Shown: positions 11,866 to 23,865 of the stretch, piece after piece
Layout: each line of letters starts with the position of its first letter
Numbering within the stretch: the stretch's first letter is position 1
Translations under genes and position numbers: made by a program
Assembly: GCA_038143065.1 (NCBI GenBank)
Contig: JAYQLI010000035.1
Coordinates: 768,001-832,000, forward strand
Length of the DNA: 64,000 bases
DNA from: Rhodospirillales bacterium
GTDB lineage: Bacteria > Pseudomonadota > Alphaproteobacteria > Bin95
Direction of reading: 5' to 3'
The notes under the pieces: generated by a model
The model's database searches: none
The model's input: only the letters and a program-made list of their open reading frames with translations
Told to the model about the DNA's origin: nothing

Positions 11866-12938
11866 TTATTGTTTTGAGTCCAACTTAATTGAAAGAACTT
11901 TTCCGAAATCACTTGTGGAAAGTGAGCCACCAAGGTCAGAAGTTCGTGTTTTCTCATCGGCAAGCATTACATCCAACGCCTCATCTAGATTAGCAGCAGC
12001 TGCAAAAAGGGTGTTTTCAGAACGCCTCTCAGCCAAATCCCGTAACATCATAGCTGTAGATCGAAGAATGGATGTTGGGTTTGCTATTCCCTGACCAGCT
12101 ATATCTGGAGCAGAGCCATGTGCAGCCTGAGCAAGGGAAACACTGTCACCGCGATTTAAAGACCCAGCTAAACCTAAACCGCCCGTTACTTCAGCTGCTA
12201 AATTAGAAAGTATGTCGCCGTACATATTTGAACAAAGGACAACGTCAAAACTTTCAGGTTTGCGCACCAAGTCAGACGCCATTGCATCAACATGCACTTC
12301 ATCAATTTCGATATCCGGGTATTGTTTTCCAATATTTTCGGCAGCCTCCAAGAACATTCCACAAGTCATCTTCAAAACATTAGCCTTATGCACCACAGTT
12401 ACTTTTTTGCGCCTGAGGGCCGCCCTCTGAAAAGCCACATGCGCAATTCGTTCGCTAGCTGATTTTGTAATCTTCCGAACGGACATAGCCAATTCAGAGG
12501 TAGGCATGAATTCACCGCCTCCGAAAAATAGGCTTCTGTCAGCATAAAAGCCTTCTGTATTCTCACGGACTATAACTAAGTCAACCCCAGGCTTTAAAGC
12601 CGGCGCACCGATAGCAGACCGGCTAGGCCGAATGTTTGCAAACAGATCCAGATTCTTTCTTGCAGCCGCTGAGGGCCCAATTCCCCCTCCTCCGGAGAGG
12701 GATAAGCCGCAGTGTCGGTGGGCCCCATAATGACGCCATCAGCTTTTCTGCAGGCATCTTCAATATCGGTGCTCCACGTTGCACCAGTCTCTTTAAGGGC
12801 ATCAAAACCAATAGGTTTGGTATTTATTTCTAGCCCCAGCCCTAGCTTCGCATCCAAAACCTCAAGTGCTTGTTTAGCCGTAGCTATAATTTCAGGACCA
12901 ATTCCATCTCCTGGAAGAATAAGAATTTTCAGAGACAC
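11866..12938 (-). CDS. Isocitrate/isopropylmalate dehydrogenase family protein (frameshift near 12680)
   Basis: LPGDGIGPEI, VHKANVLK, NMYGDILS, AHGSAPDIAGQGIANP. Confidence 0.9.
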
Positions 12939-13010
12939 TAGTAACTCCGTAGGCTATTTTTCTTAAAATTAAGATAGATAAGAACAAACTTCCTTATTTA
13001 TGTATAAGTG

Positions 13011-13016
13011 TTGACA
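13011..13016 (+). promoter_or_regulatory. Candidate sigma70 -35 hexamer for metY
   Basis: Exact TTGACA 91 nt upstream of the GTG start; -10 not clearly identifiable. Confidence 0.35.
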
Positions 13017-13101
13017 TACCGGCTTTGAACGTGTGGTTGTTAGCACTAAACACAAAAATAACAAGAAATTCTTGGAAAACTGCTAATCAAGGAAAGTTAC
13101 T

Positions 13102-14396
13102 GTGAGCGAGACTAACAAAAATATTGAAACTACTGTGTTACATGCTGGCCATAGAGCAGATCCAACAACGGGCTCTGTAGCGGTACCGATCCATCAAACT
13201 ACTTCATTCCAGTTCCGCGATGCAGAACATGCAGCCAATCTTTTCGCTCTCTCCGAACTTGGCAACATTTATACACGTATAATGAACCCAACCTGTGATG
13301 TGCTCGAGCAACTTTAATGACTGCAATGGAAGGTGGGGCTGCAGGTCTAGCTTTAGGGTCGGGCCAAGCAGCTAGTGCTTTTTGTATACAGAACATAGCA
13401 AAAGCAGGCGATAATTTCATTGCTTCAACAGATCTTTACGGTGGAACCTGGAATTTATTTGCTAACTCCATGAAAGATATGGGCATTGAGTGTCGGTTCG
13501 TTGACCCAAGTGATCCTGAAAACTTCCGCCGAGCAGTTGATGATAAAACACGCGCTTTTTATGCAGAAACTTTACCTAATCCAAAACTTAATGTTTTTCC
13601 AATTTCAGAGGTAGCAGCCATCGGTCGCGAGTTGGGCATACCTTTAATCATGGATAACACTGCTGCATCTGGCATTTGTAGGCCACTTGAACATGGCGCT
13701 GCGATCGTGATGTATTCAACAACAAAGTATATTGGCGGCCACGGCACATCAATCGGTGGTCTTGTTGTGGACGGTGGTAATTTTGACTGGGAAGCTCATG
13801 CCGAGCGTCAACCTTATCTTAATCAACCTGACCCGAGCTATCATGGAGCTGTTTGGACTCAGGCGGTTAAGGGCATTGGTCCAGTTGCTTACATCATTAA
13901 GATGCGCACAACATTGCTGCGTGACTTAGGGTCAGCAATGTCGCCCTTCAATGCCTTCATGTTTCTGCAAGGCTTAGAAACTCTTCCACTTCGGATGGAA
14001 CGACACTGCAGTAATACTGTAGCGGTTGCTGAGTGGTTAGCTAAACATCCCGCAGTTGAAACGGTTATTCATCCCAGCCAGCAGACAGGCGAACTAAAAG
14101 CCCGGGCGGATAAGTACCTAAATGGTCAATATGGTGGCCTTTGTGGCATGGTCCTAAAAGGTGGAAAGGATGCCGGAGCAAAGTTCATTGATAGCCTAAA
14201 AATGTTCTATCACGTTGCAAACATAGGTGATGCGAGAAGTCTTGCAATTCATCCTGCAACAACAACACACAGTCAGCTTTCCGCTGAAGAGCAAGAGGCT
14301 ACAGGCGTTTCAGCTGGGTACGTACGTCTTTCAATCGGCATTGAACATATCGATGATATCATTGCTGATCTCGATCAAGCGTTAGCTCAGGTATAA
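13102..14396 (+). CDS. metY: O-acetylhomoserine aminocarboxypropyltransferase (sulfhydrylase), frameshift near 13312
   Basis: [32 protein letters not shown] (PLP Lys), [23 protein letters not shown]. Confidence 0.93.
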
Positions 14397-14438
14397 TTAG
14401 TTAGCGTCTGCTAACAGCGCTTAACTCACACAAATCAG

Positions 14439-14467
14439 GGCCATGGAATTTTTCCATGGCCTTTTTT
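14439..14467 (+). terminator. Rho-independent terminator of metY
   Basis: GGCCATGGAA-ttt-TTCCATGGCC followed by TTTTTT. Confidence 0.9.
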
Positions 14468-14644
14468 ATTACATACTAAATTGTTAGATAATAATCATTA
14501 GATCTGATAATGCTGCAGTGAATGTTGGTCCTTAAAATTTCCAGCAATTGGGTGGAAAAATCCTAAACCTAAAATACTGCTAAGCCTGTGCGATCCTCAG
14601 CCCCAGAATAGCTCTGGGTTATGACGAAGCGATGCCTTAGATAT

Positions 14645-15808
14645 TTATTTCTTCGCGTACTGAATTGCTACGCGCCCAACAGTTTCTCTTGCCACAATCA
14701 TTTTAGACACCTGAGCGGTACCATCACCAATCTCAAGTCCCATGACGTCACGGAGGCGTTGCTGATGGGGTAAATCGCGGCTGTAGCCAAGGTGACCATG
14801 TGTGAGAAGACACTGGTGAATTGCATCAACTGATATCTTTGGCCCCATCCACTTAACCATAGCGGCTTCTTTTGTGTGAGGCTTGCCCTGCTCGCGAAGC
14901 CAAAGACACTCATACGCTAAAAGACGAGCAGCGCGGACCTGCGCATCCGCTTCGGCGAGCGGAAACGTAACCCCCTGGAACTGCGCTAAAGGACCACCAA
15001 AAGCTTCTCGATCTGTAATGTAACTCCACGTCTCATCAATGGAAGCACGAGCTGACCCCAAGCATTGTAAAGCTATGAGTGCCCGGGAGTAATCAAAACC
15101 CTGCATGACGCGTATGAATCCCATACCAACGTCACCTACTCGACGCGCATCAGGTACACGTACGTGATCGAACCAAATTGACCCTCTCCCAACAGAAATG
15201 CTGCCAAGATCATTATAATTTGATCTGGATACACCTGGCGCATCCAAATCAATTAAGAAAGCAGTAATACCCCTTGCACCTTCATCGACATCCCCAGTCC
15301 TAGCTGCCACCAAGACGAAATCAGCTTGATTAGCGCAAGAAATTGACGCCTTTTCCCCATCAATAATCCAGTCACTGCCATCTCTCCTAGCGCGCAACTG
15401 AAGATTTGCAGCATCTGTCCCACCGCGAGGTTCTGTTAGTCCTAAGCTTGGAATTATCTCGCCAGCTGCAAGTTTTGGCAGATATTCAGTTGCCAAATCC
15501 TTCGACGCAAACTGAGCTATAACTCCACCAATAAGTGATCCTAATAATTGGATGTAGGCGATATTTAGATCACCTCGACCAATCTCTTCAATGACTGCAC
15601 CTTGCGTTAGACCAGAGGCGCCAATACCTCCATATTCTTCGGGTAAGTCCGGCGCAACTAGTCCAAGGCCACCCATTTCTTTAAGCAAATCTCGATCAAA
15701 ATGATCAACGGCTTCCCTGGATTGATAGAAGGGCAGAAGTTTCTCGTCTGCGAAACGCCGTGCTGCCTCCCGAATAGCCTCACCAACCTCATCGAACTCA
15801 AAATGCAT
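14645..15808 (-). CDS. Acyl-CoA dehydrogenase, cyclohexanecarboxyl-CoA dehydrogenase (AliB)-like
   Basis: LGLTEPRGGTDA, GFDYSRALIALQCLG, HQQRLRDVMGLEIGDGTAQ. Confidence 0.85.
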   Translation of the reverse strand: MHFEFDEVGEAIREAARRFADEKLLPFYQSREAVDHFDRDLLKEMGGLGLVAPDLPEEYGGIGASGLTQGAVIEEIGRGDLNIAYIQLLGSLIGGVIAQFASKDLATEYLPKLAAGEIIPSLGLTEPRGGTDAANLQLRARRDGSDWIIDGEKASISCANQADFVLVAARTGDVDEGARGITAFLIDLDAPGVSRSNYNDLGSISVGRGSIWFDHVRVPDARRVGDVGMGFIRVMQGFDYSRALIALQCLGSARASIDETWSYITDREAFGGPLAQFQGVTFPLAEADAQVRAARLLAYECLWLREQGKPHTKEAAMVKWMGPKISVDAIHQCLLTHGHLGYSRDLPHQQRLRDVMGLEIGDGTAQVSKMIVARETVGRVAIQYAKK

Positions 15809-15812
15809 AATT

Positions 15813-16939
15813 CTACCCTTTAAATTCATCCCGGATGGATGAGCCGTGCTGATTAATTTTTGGAGCTAATCCGTACAATGGGGTATCATTAGCCCTTCGC
15901 ACCGGAGGAGCCGGCATATCAATCACACCTTTCTCTGTCTGAACCTCGATACGTCGTAATGCGGGATGGCTAACCATATCCTCAACGCTGTTAACGCTGG
16001 AATGGGCAATATCAGCCTTCCTTAGACGCTCCTGTAGGGTAGATTGGTCAATTGCTTTCAAAACGCGATCTATTTCACCTTCAACAAATTCTCTATTCGC
16101 CATTCTCGACTTGTTTGGCTGACATCTCTCATCAGTCGCCATGCTTGGTTGCTCAAGTACTATTTCAGCAAAACGCCCCCACTCCCGCTCGTTTTGAATA
16201 GCGATCATAGTTAATCGTCCGTCGCCAGTTGCGTAGGCCCCATATGGAACAAGGGCATTGTGGCGAAGTCCCGTTCGAGGCCAATCCCTTCCTCCATGCT
16301 GCTGGAACATTACCGGAGCTGCCATCAAATCAGCCATCGCATCGAACATAGAAACAGCTATGCCAGCCCCACGACCCGTCTTTTCTCGTGCGTACAGAGC
16401 TTCAAGAACGCCAGTTAGTCCGTTTATTCCAGTCGTTAAGTCACAGATTGATACTCCGACGCGGGATGGCTCAGAGGGAGAACCAGTAACAGCCATCAGT
16501 CCACTTTCAGCTTGGACCAAAAGGTCATATGCCTTTGCCGTATCAAAAGGTGCAGGCGCTTGTCCGTAACCCGATATATCTACCGTAATGAGGCGTGGAT
16601 ATAATTCTCTCAGTTCCTCTGAACCAAAACCGGCGCGCTCAGTGGCGCCTGGTGCAAGATTTTGGACCCAAACGTCTGCTTTGGCCAACAATCGGTGCAA
16701 CAATGCTTGGTCAGCTTCATTCTTGATATCTATCGCGAGAGATCTTTCCCACGATTTAACCAGACAAAGAATGATGAAAGCCCCTTTGATGTATCATCAT
16801 ACCCACGAGCAAAATCACCTTCAGCACGCTCTAGCTTAATAACACGAGCCCCAGCATCCGCCATTCGACACGTAAGAAATGGGGCCGCAACTGCTTGCTC
16901 CAAACTTACGACCAGGACGCCTTCGAGAGGACCACTCAT
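15813..16939 (-). CDS. CaiB/BaiF class III CoA-transferase (frameshift near 16735)
   Basis: PLEGVLVVSLEQAVAAPF, GARVIKLER, WLNRGK, AYDLLVQAESG. Confidence 0.9.
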
Positions 16940-18136
16940 TAATAGGAACGCGGCATACCGAGCACATGCTCGCCGATAAAGCTAAGGACTAAATTTTGGG
17001 ATATAGGTGCCGTACGATGAATACGTGCTTCTCTGAACTTCCGCTCGATACCGTACTCCTCGGCGAAGGCAAACCCGCCAAATGTCTGGAAACATGTATC
17101 TGCAGCTTTCCAGACAGCTTCAGCAGCTAAATATTTGCCTGCATTAGCCTCAGCCCCACACGGCAACCCAGCTTCAAAAAGCGCTGCCGCTTTTTGAATG
17201 ACAAGCTTAGCTCCCATGAACTGTGCGTAGGCGTCAGCAATTGGAAATTGAATACCTTGATTGGAACCAATAGGCCTGCCAAAAACCTCTCGCTCACGGG
17301 AGTATTCACTGGCCTTTTGAGCAAACCATTGGCAATCCCCAAGAGCTTCAGAAGCAACAAGCACACGTTCTGCATTCATACCATCAAGAATGTACCTAAA
17401 ACCTTTACCCTCTTCGCCAATCAGAGATGATGCTGGAATACGGAGATTATCAAAAAATATCTCCGTCGTGTTATGGTTGATCATTGTCTTGATCGGTTTG
17501 ATCTCTAAACCGTTACCTTTAGCCTCACGCATGTCGACTAAAAATACAGATAGCCCGTCTGTTCTCTTCGCAACTTTTTCTTTTGCTGTAGTGCGAGCCA
17601 ACAAAAGCATTAAGTCAGAATGCTCAGCCCGACTGGTCCATACCTTCTGACCATTAACAACATATTCATCACCGTCACGAACTGCCGTGGTTCTGAGACT
17701 TAGAGTATCAGTACCACTCGTTGGCTCTGTTACTCCAAAAGCCTGGAGTCTAAGTTCACCTGAGGCGATCTTCGGCAGATACATTCTTTTTGGTCATCTG
17801 ATCCATGCCTAAGGACCGTGCCCATTGTATACATTTGCGCATGACAGGCGGCCCCAGAACAACCATTCTTATGAATTTCTTCAAGGATTGCAGCACCCGC
17901 CGACAACGGTAAACCTGAACCACCATACTCTTTCTGGTATCAAAACACCCAGAAAACCGGCATCCAGTCAAAGCTTTTACAAACTCTGTAGGATAACCAC
18001 GCCGTTGATCCAGCTCATGCCAGTATTCTGAGGAAAATCCTTCGCAGAGCTTAGCTAGAGCTTCTCGGATTTCTGGGTAGGTCTCGCCAATCGGCATTAC
18101 AGGCATGTCAGTTGAAATTGAGACGCTATCAGGCAC
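16939..18136 (-). CDS. Acyl-CoA dehydrogenase (frameshifts in the 5' third)
   Basis: LQAFGVTEPTSGTDT, NGQKVWTSR, FGGFAFAEEYGIERKFRE. Confidence 0.9.
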
Positions 18137-18280
18137 GGCCTTCGGGCTCCTGAACAGTTAAAAGAATTTTTCCAAACATTAGCTTTTTTTTTTATACTAT
18201 CCTAAAGCCCCTTAGTTAGGGCTTGCAGAGATGCGCGGATAAGATCTACGTAAAACAAATCAATCTTAGAGGCCTCGGCC

Positions 18281-19509
18281 ATGATAAGCGGTAAAAGCAT
18301 CCTTTTAACTATCTCAGGCGGAATAGCTGCCTATAGAAGTTTGGAATTAATTCGTCGCCTTCGCGAACGTGGAGCTTCTGTGCGTTGCGTACTAACAAAA
18401 GGTGGGGCTGAATTTGTAACTCCACTTTCAGTCGCAGCGCTTAGCGAAGGGAAAGTTTACCAAGACATCTTTTCTCTAACAGACGAGAGTGAAATGGGTC
18501 ACATCCGTCTCTCTCGCGAAGCAGATTTAATTGTAGTTGCGCCAGCCAGTGCTGACCTCTTAGCTAAAATGGCTAACGGTCATAGTGATGACCTGGCTTC
18601 AACCGTACTTCTGGCAACAGACAAGAAGGTCTTAATCGCCCCCACTATGAATGTCCGCATGTGGGAGCACCCAGCGGTCAAACGAAATGTTGCGCAGCTT
18701 GAGGCTGATGGTGTGTTTCGCGTGGGACCAGGATCAGGTGAACTCGCGTGCGGTGAAACTGGGTCAGGCCGGATGGCTGAGCCATTGGACATCGTATCAG
18801 CTATCGAAAAGATACTAGATCCAACCAAGACAATTAAACCACTTGCAGGAAAAAGTGCATTAGTGACGTCTGGCCCAACCTGGGAAGCCATTGATCCTGT
18901 TCGTTTTATTGCCAATCGTTCTTCTGGCAAGCAAGGACATGCTGTTGCTAAAGCGCTGCAGGCACTGGGTGCCGAGGTGACTTTGGTTTCTGGACCAACG
19001 AAATTACCCGACCCAACCGGGATGAAGGTTATACACATTGAGAGCGCGCGTGAACTTTTGGCTGCGTGCATGAATGCCCTTCCACTGACATCGCAGTATG
19101 CGCGGCAGCTGTCGCTGATTGGCGCGTTGCAAATGAAGCAGACAACAAAATTAAAAAAGACGATAAGGGGGCTCTGCCAACTCTCTCTTTCTCTGAAAAT
19201 CCTGACATTCTTAAATCAATCTCGATGTCTGAAACCTCTCGCCCTTCCCTCGTGGTTGGTTTTGCAGCGGAAACTGAAAGCCTAATCGAGCATGCGAAAG
19301 CCAAGCTGCAGAAAAAAGCCTGTGATTGGATTTTAGCGAATGATGTATCGCGCGAAGCAGGCGTTTTCGATGGTGACGCTAACACACTGCATCTTGTGAC
19401 CAAATCAGGTGTAGAAGATTGGGAGAAGCTCGATAAACAGGCGGCTGCAAATCGCTTAGCTCAACGTATCGCAGAATTTTTCCAATCGAATGAGTTCAAG
19501 ACAAAATGA
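18281..19509 (+). CDS. coaBC: Bifunctional phosphopantothenoylcysteine decarboxylase / phosphopantothenate--cysteine ligase (frameshift near 19080)
   Basis: [52 protein letters not shown]. Confidence 0.95.
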
Positions 19510-19946
19510 TTGATGTAAAGATTAATCTTCTTTCGCACGGTGTAAGCGTCCCTAAATACGCAACTCCTGGTTCGGCCGGTGCTGATCTCTATGCTGCGAA
19601 TACTGAAGCGGTAGAACTGGCTCCAGGTGCTCGAGCCCTTATTCCGTGCGGCTTTTCAATGGCGCTGCCCGAAGGTTATGAGGCGCAGGTCAGACCCCGC
19701 TCAGGTCTCGCCCTGAAAAATGGAATTACTCTCCCGAATACACCAGGTACGATCGATGCTGACTATCGCGGTGAAGTAGGTGTAATCCTCTTGAACTTGG
19801 GCACAGAGGTATTTGTGGTCGAACGAGGAATGCGTATTGCACAAATGGTAATAGCACCTGCGCCGCAAGCGACATTCAAATTGGTTAACGGGTTAGACGA
19901 AACATCCAGGGGTACCGGAGGCTTTGGCTCCACTGGACGCGAGTAA
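19506..19946 (+). CDS. dut: dUTP diphosphatase
   Basis: [38 protein letters not shown]. Confidence 0.98.
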   Translation: MIDVKINLLSHGVSVPKYATPGSAGADLYAANTEAVELAPGARALIPCGFSMALPEGYEAQVRPRSGLALKNGITLPNTPGTIDADYRGEVGVILLNLGTEVFVVERGMRIAQMVIAPAPQATFKLVNGLDETSRGTGGFGSTGRE

Positions 19947-20701
19947 TGAAACTCGACCTCAATGATTCTCAGCTTGAACGCTACTCACGGCACATCCTAC
20001 TGCCGGAGGTTGGAGCAGTAGGCCAAGCTAAGCTTATGTCCTCAAAAGTGCTAATCGTTGGTGCAGGAGGTCTTGGCGCACCGATGATCCTCTATCTCGC
20101 CTCTGCCGGTATAGGCCGCATTGGAATCATCGATAATGATGATGTTGAGCTTTCAAACCTGCAGCGCCAGGTGGCTCATACCACAGGCCGCATAGGCGTC
20201 AATAAAGCTGCAAGTGCTGCCATGACAGCTCAAGAAATTAATCCTGAAATTCAAGTGGACGCGATCACAGAAAGGCTAACCGAAAAGAACATCGACACAA
20301 TATTCGCTGACTATGATGTCATTGCAGATGGAACGGATAATTTTGATACGCGCTATCTCATCAATGACGCTGCAGTGCGATTGGGAAAAATTCTTGTAAC
20401 AGCTGCATTACTTCGTTTCGATGGACAGCTAACAACGATCAAACCTGGTGGTCCTTGCTACCGCTGCCTTTTTCCAGAACCACCTCCACCAGGAGCGGTT
20501 CCATCTTGTTCAGAAGCCGGCGTACTTGGTTCAGTGGCAGGTGTTTTAGGCACCATGCAGGCAACCGAAGTGGTTAAGGAAATACTGGGTATAGGAGATA
20601 GCCTTTCTGGCCGACTGCTACTTTTTGATGGTCTTACAATGACGATGCGTGACATGAAAGCGAAACGAAGAATAGGCTGCAAGGCTTGTGATACTGATTA
20701 A
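19946..20701 (+). CDS. moeB: Molybdopterin-synthase adenylyltransferase MoeB/ThiF family
   Basis: RYSRHILL, GAGGLG, SNLQRQ, CYRC and CKAC zinc motifs. Confidence 0.88.
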   Translation: MKLDLNDSQLERYSRHILLPEVGAVGQAKLMSSKVLIVGAGGLGAPMILYLASAGIGRIGIIDNDDVELSNLQRQVAHTTGRIGVNKAASAAMTAQEINPEIQVDAITERLTEKNIDTIFADYDVIADGTDNFDTRYLINDAAVRLGKILVTAALLRFDGQLTTIKPGGPCYRCLFPEPPPPGAVPSCSEAGVLGSVAGVLGTMQATEVVKEILGIGDSLSGRLLLFDGLTMTMRDMKAKRRIGCKACDTD

Positions 20702-21151
20702 GCCTTCTTCACCTTTCTAACCACTTGCTCAAGAGAATTAAGAAACCGCGACCTGTCCGCCTTAGAAAAAGGGCGCCCCCTCCAGAAGCGCCCAAGGGAT
20801 TAGCGGACCTGATATCCGCCATTAAATCGCGCATGCCTAACTGTTGGCCAATATTTTGAGTGGTGAATAGATCACCATTGTGCCGTATTGCTGCAGCACC
20901 AGCCTCCAGCACTTTTGCGGCTAGTGGGATATCCCCAGTTACACAAATATCCCCTGGGCCCACCCGATCAGCAATCCACATGTCAGCTGCGTCTGCACCC
21001 TGTGCAACTATCACCGTTTCAATGAGAGGATTGGGATTGGGCCGAATGCCCCGTTCGAAACAACGTAGACTTTTAGGCCGTGCCGCTCAGCGACCCTGTA
21101 GGTCTCGTCTTTAACGGGACAGGCGTCGGCATCTATATAAATTACGTTCAT
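20698..21151 (-). CDS. YaiI/YqxD (UPF0178) family protein (frameshifted)
   Basis: N-terminal [13 protein letters not shown] read from DNA; [15 protein letters not shown]. Confidence 0.85.
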
Positions 21152-21211
21152 CCATGTGAGCTACGCTATAACGCCTAGGATTAAAAGAGGACGAGGTCTA
21201 ATCTTCTGATT

Positions 21212-21990
21212 ATGTGGGATTCAATTTACCAGGTAATTCAAACAGCGGGATACCATGGGTTAGCGATAGCGTGCTTAGCATCGCTAATTGCTGGGTTCCT
21301 GCGCGGTTTTATCGGCTTCGGCGCAGCATTGGTAATGACCCCTGTGCTGAGCTTAGTCTATTCTCCAACGATTGCGGTGCCGATTGCATTCCTTTCAGCG
21401 GTTCCCGCTGTTATTCAGTTATTGCCTCCCACAATTAAATATGGAGAGCGGGCCTTTGTCTTACCTCTAGGGCTTACCGCACTTTTTGCATCCCCTGTTG
21501 GGGCGTGGCTTCTATCTAATGGAGATCCAAGAATTTTAAAAATTGGCATCTCATCTTTAATCTTAATAATGGCGTTTGCCTTGTTCAGAGGCTGGCGTTT
21601 CAAAAATCTCCAGGAACAGTAGTTCTAGGAGCGGTCGGTTTACTTTCAGGATTTCTTCAGGGCCTAGCTAGCGTTGGTGGCCCCCCAGCCGTAGCAGCAG
21701 CATTGTCACGACCAGGGGATGTATATGCTCAGCGCGGCAATATTTTAGCAGCAGCCGCAGTCCTCACGGCTTCTAACATAATACCGCTCTGGGCCCTTGG
21801 TCTCTTTAAAGAGCAAACTCTTATTCTTGCGGCAATACTTGTACCACCTCATCTCATTGCTGCGTGGGTTGGCAATCGATATTCTGATGGCCGAGGTAAA
21901 ACACACTTCCATCGCGCAGCCGTCATAATGTTAATAGCAATTGCTTCGACGACTTTGATTCTATCGATTTCTGACTACCTGACCGGTTAG
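21212..21990 (+). CDS. Sulfite exporter TauE/SafE family membrane protein (frameshift near 21615)
   Basis: AGFLRGFIGFGAALV and second-repeat GFLQGLASVGGPP; hydrophobic. Confidence 0.8.
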
Positions 21991-22767
21991 CTGTTTATCA
22001 GCCCACCATCCACATTAAAGCCCTGGCCAGTTATATTGCGAGCACCTGGACCGGCCAAAAATACGGCCATAGCGGCGATATCTTCTGGGTCGTTTCCTCG
22101 GCGGATAGGAATACTTTTCCCAACCTCTTCCTTCAACTCTTCAACCGTTACCCCCTTCTCAGCTGAGCGCGCTGAAAGCAGGCCTTCAACAATTGCTGTA
22201 TAGGTAACACCTGGACATATCGCGTTTACATTAATGTTATTTGGGCCAAGTTGATGCGCTGCTACGTAAGTCATCGCAAGTACCGCACCCTTGGTACCTG
22301 CATATGCACAGTTTGAAGTTCCATAATATCCTCGACCAGCGACTGAAGCGATATTGATAATCCGACCGCCACCTTGAGAAATCATAGTTTTTGCAGCACG
22401 TTGCATGCAAAAAAAACACCTTTGGCATTAACTCTAAACATCCGGTCCCAGTCACTTTCATCAAGGTCCATGATGTGGCGTGCCTGGTAACGCCAGCGTT
22501 ATTTACGATAACGTCTAAACGCCCCATGTCTGTTACCGCTTTAGTTATCATTGAATCGATTGCTTTAAGGTCGCCACAATCGGCTTCAATTGCGCTAGCA
22601 AACCCACCAAATTTTGCGCATTCCGCCGCAACGTTATTGGCAGCTACTCCGTTAATATCAGCAACAGCTACATCAGCACCAGCTTCTGCCAGGGCCCTTG
22701 CACACGCAGCTCCAATTCCTCCACCAGCTCCCGTGACAAGTGTTTTTAGACCCTTGAGCACTGCCAT
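21987..22767 (-). CDS. SDR family NAD(P)-dependent oxidoreductase (frameshifted)
   Basis: TGAGGGIG, NNAG, YAGTK (YxxxK), VNAICPG. Confidence 0.9.
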
Positions 22768-22908
22768 ATTATTTCTCCTATTGATTTTAAATCCAGTCAA
22801 ATGGCCTTTTTATAGATACATCCATAACCGTATCGACTGGTGGAGCAATTTCAACTCAATGAGCTGTATACCAGAAGCTTTAGCATTGGTTGCTATACCG
22901 GCCCTATA

Positions 22909-23856
22909 TCAAACCTTAACTGGAGTCTTCAGCGGCTTCCCAGCAAAATGAAGATCAAGGTTCTCAACCGCTAGATCAGCCATTGCATTCCGTGTTGCAA
23001 CAGTAGCACTAGCCTGATGTGGCTGAAGCACAACATTATCTAGATCAAAAAGAGCAGAAGGGACCTTGGGCTCTGCCTCAAAAACATCCAGTCCAGCGCC
23101 CCAAATCCGTTTTGCCATTAAGGCTTCCACTAAAGCTTGCTCGTCTATGACAGAACCACGAGCAACATTTACAATCCATCCTTCTGGTCCCAATGCGTCC
23201 AGAACATTCTTGTTGACAAGGTGGCGCGTCGCAGGACCTCCTGGACAACAAAGCACCAGACCATCTGATTGCTCAGCCAAACGAGCAATATCAGGCTCGT
23301 AAGGATACTGGGCATCGGGCTTTGGACGAGGACCAGTCCATGTCACATTAGCACCAAGAGCTGTCAAACGATCCGCTACAGCGAGCCCAATGCCACCCAA
23401 TGCGACGACACCTATAGGACGACCAACGACCGTTTTATTGAGCGGGAGATCCGCCTTCAACCAACGACCATCACGGACGTAAGCGTCTGCTTTGGGAATT
23501 TCACGCGTAACTGACAAAACAAGTCCAATGGCGAGATTTGCCACTTCAGCACTGAGAACGCCTGGTGTATTTGTTGTTGCCGCACCTTTAGCTAAAGCAT
23601 GACGAACATCAACGCCATCATAGCCAACACCCATAACAGAAATCATCTCCAGGTTAGTTAACGCATCAATCATCGCTGCGTCGACTTTACCGTGGCCCAT
23701 TGTCAGGATGGCGCGGACCTCACTTCCGCGGGCCTCTAAGAGCTCGTCGGTATTTTGGGATTCCCAAAGGCGTAACACTTCGTATCGGTTCCCAAGGCGT
23801 TCGGTAATCCTTGGCGGCATCGCCATCGTTTGGAGAATAACGGGAACGTCAGACAT
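22909..23856 (-). CDS. D-2-hydroxyacid dehydrogenase (glyoxylate/hydroxypyruvate reductase-like)
   Basis: GVGYDGVD, NVARGSVIDE, GLDVFEAEP, QPHQAS. Confidence 0.9.
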   Translation of the reverse strand: MSDVPVILQTMAMPPRITERLGNRYEVLRLWESQNTDELLEARGSEVRAILTMGHGKVDAAMIDALTNLEMISVMGVGYDGVDVRHALAKGAATTNTPGVLSAEVANLAIGLVLSVTREIPKADAYVRDGRWLKADLPLNKTVVGRPIGVVALGGIGLAVADRLTALGANVTWTGPRPKPDAQYPYEPDIARLAEQSDGLVLCCPGGPATRHLVNKNVLDALGPEGWIVNVARGSVIDEQALVEALMAKRIWGAGLDVFEAEPKVPSALFDLDNVVLQPHQASATVATRNAMADLAVENLDLHFAGKPLKTPVKV

Positions 23857-23865
23857 AGACTTAAC

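Noticed and set aside
6999-19509. Frameshifts in alaS, metY, coaBC and others as pseudogenes or programmed frameshifting
   Set aside because: They are widespread 1-nt indels, mostly at homopolymers, and hit essential genes, which is the typical long-read error pattern.
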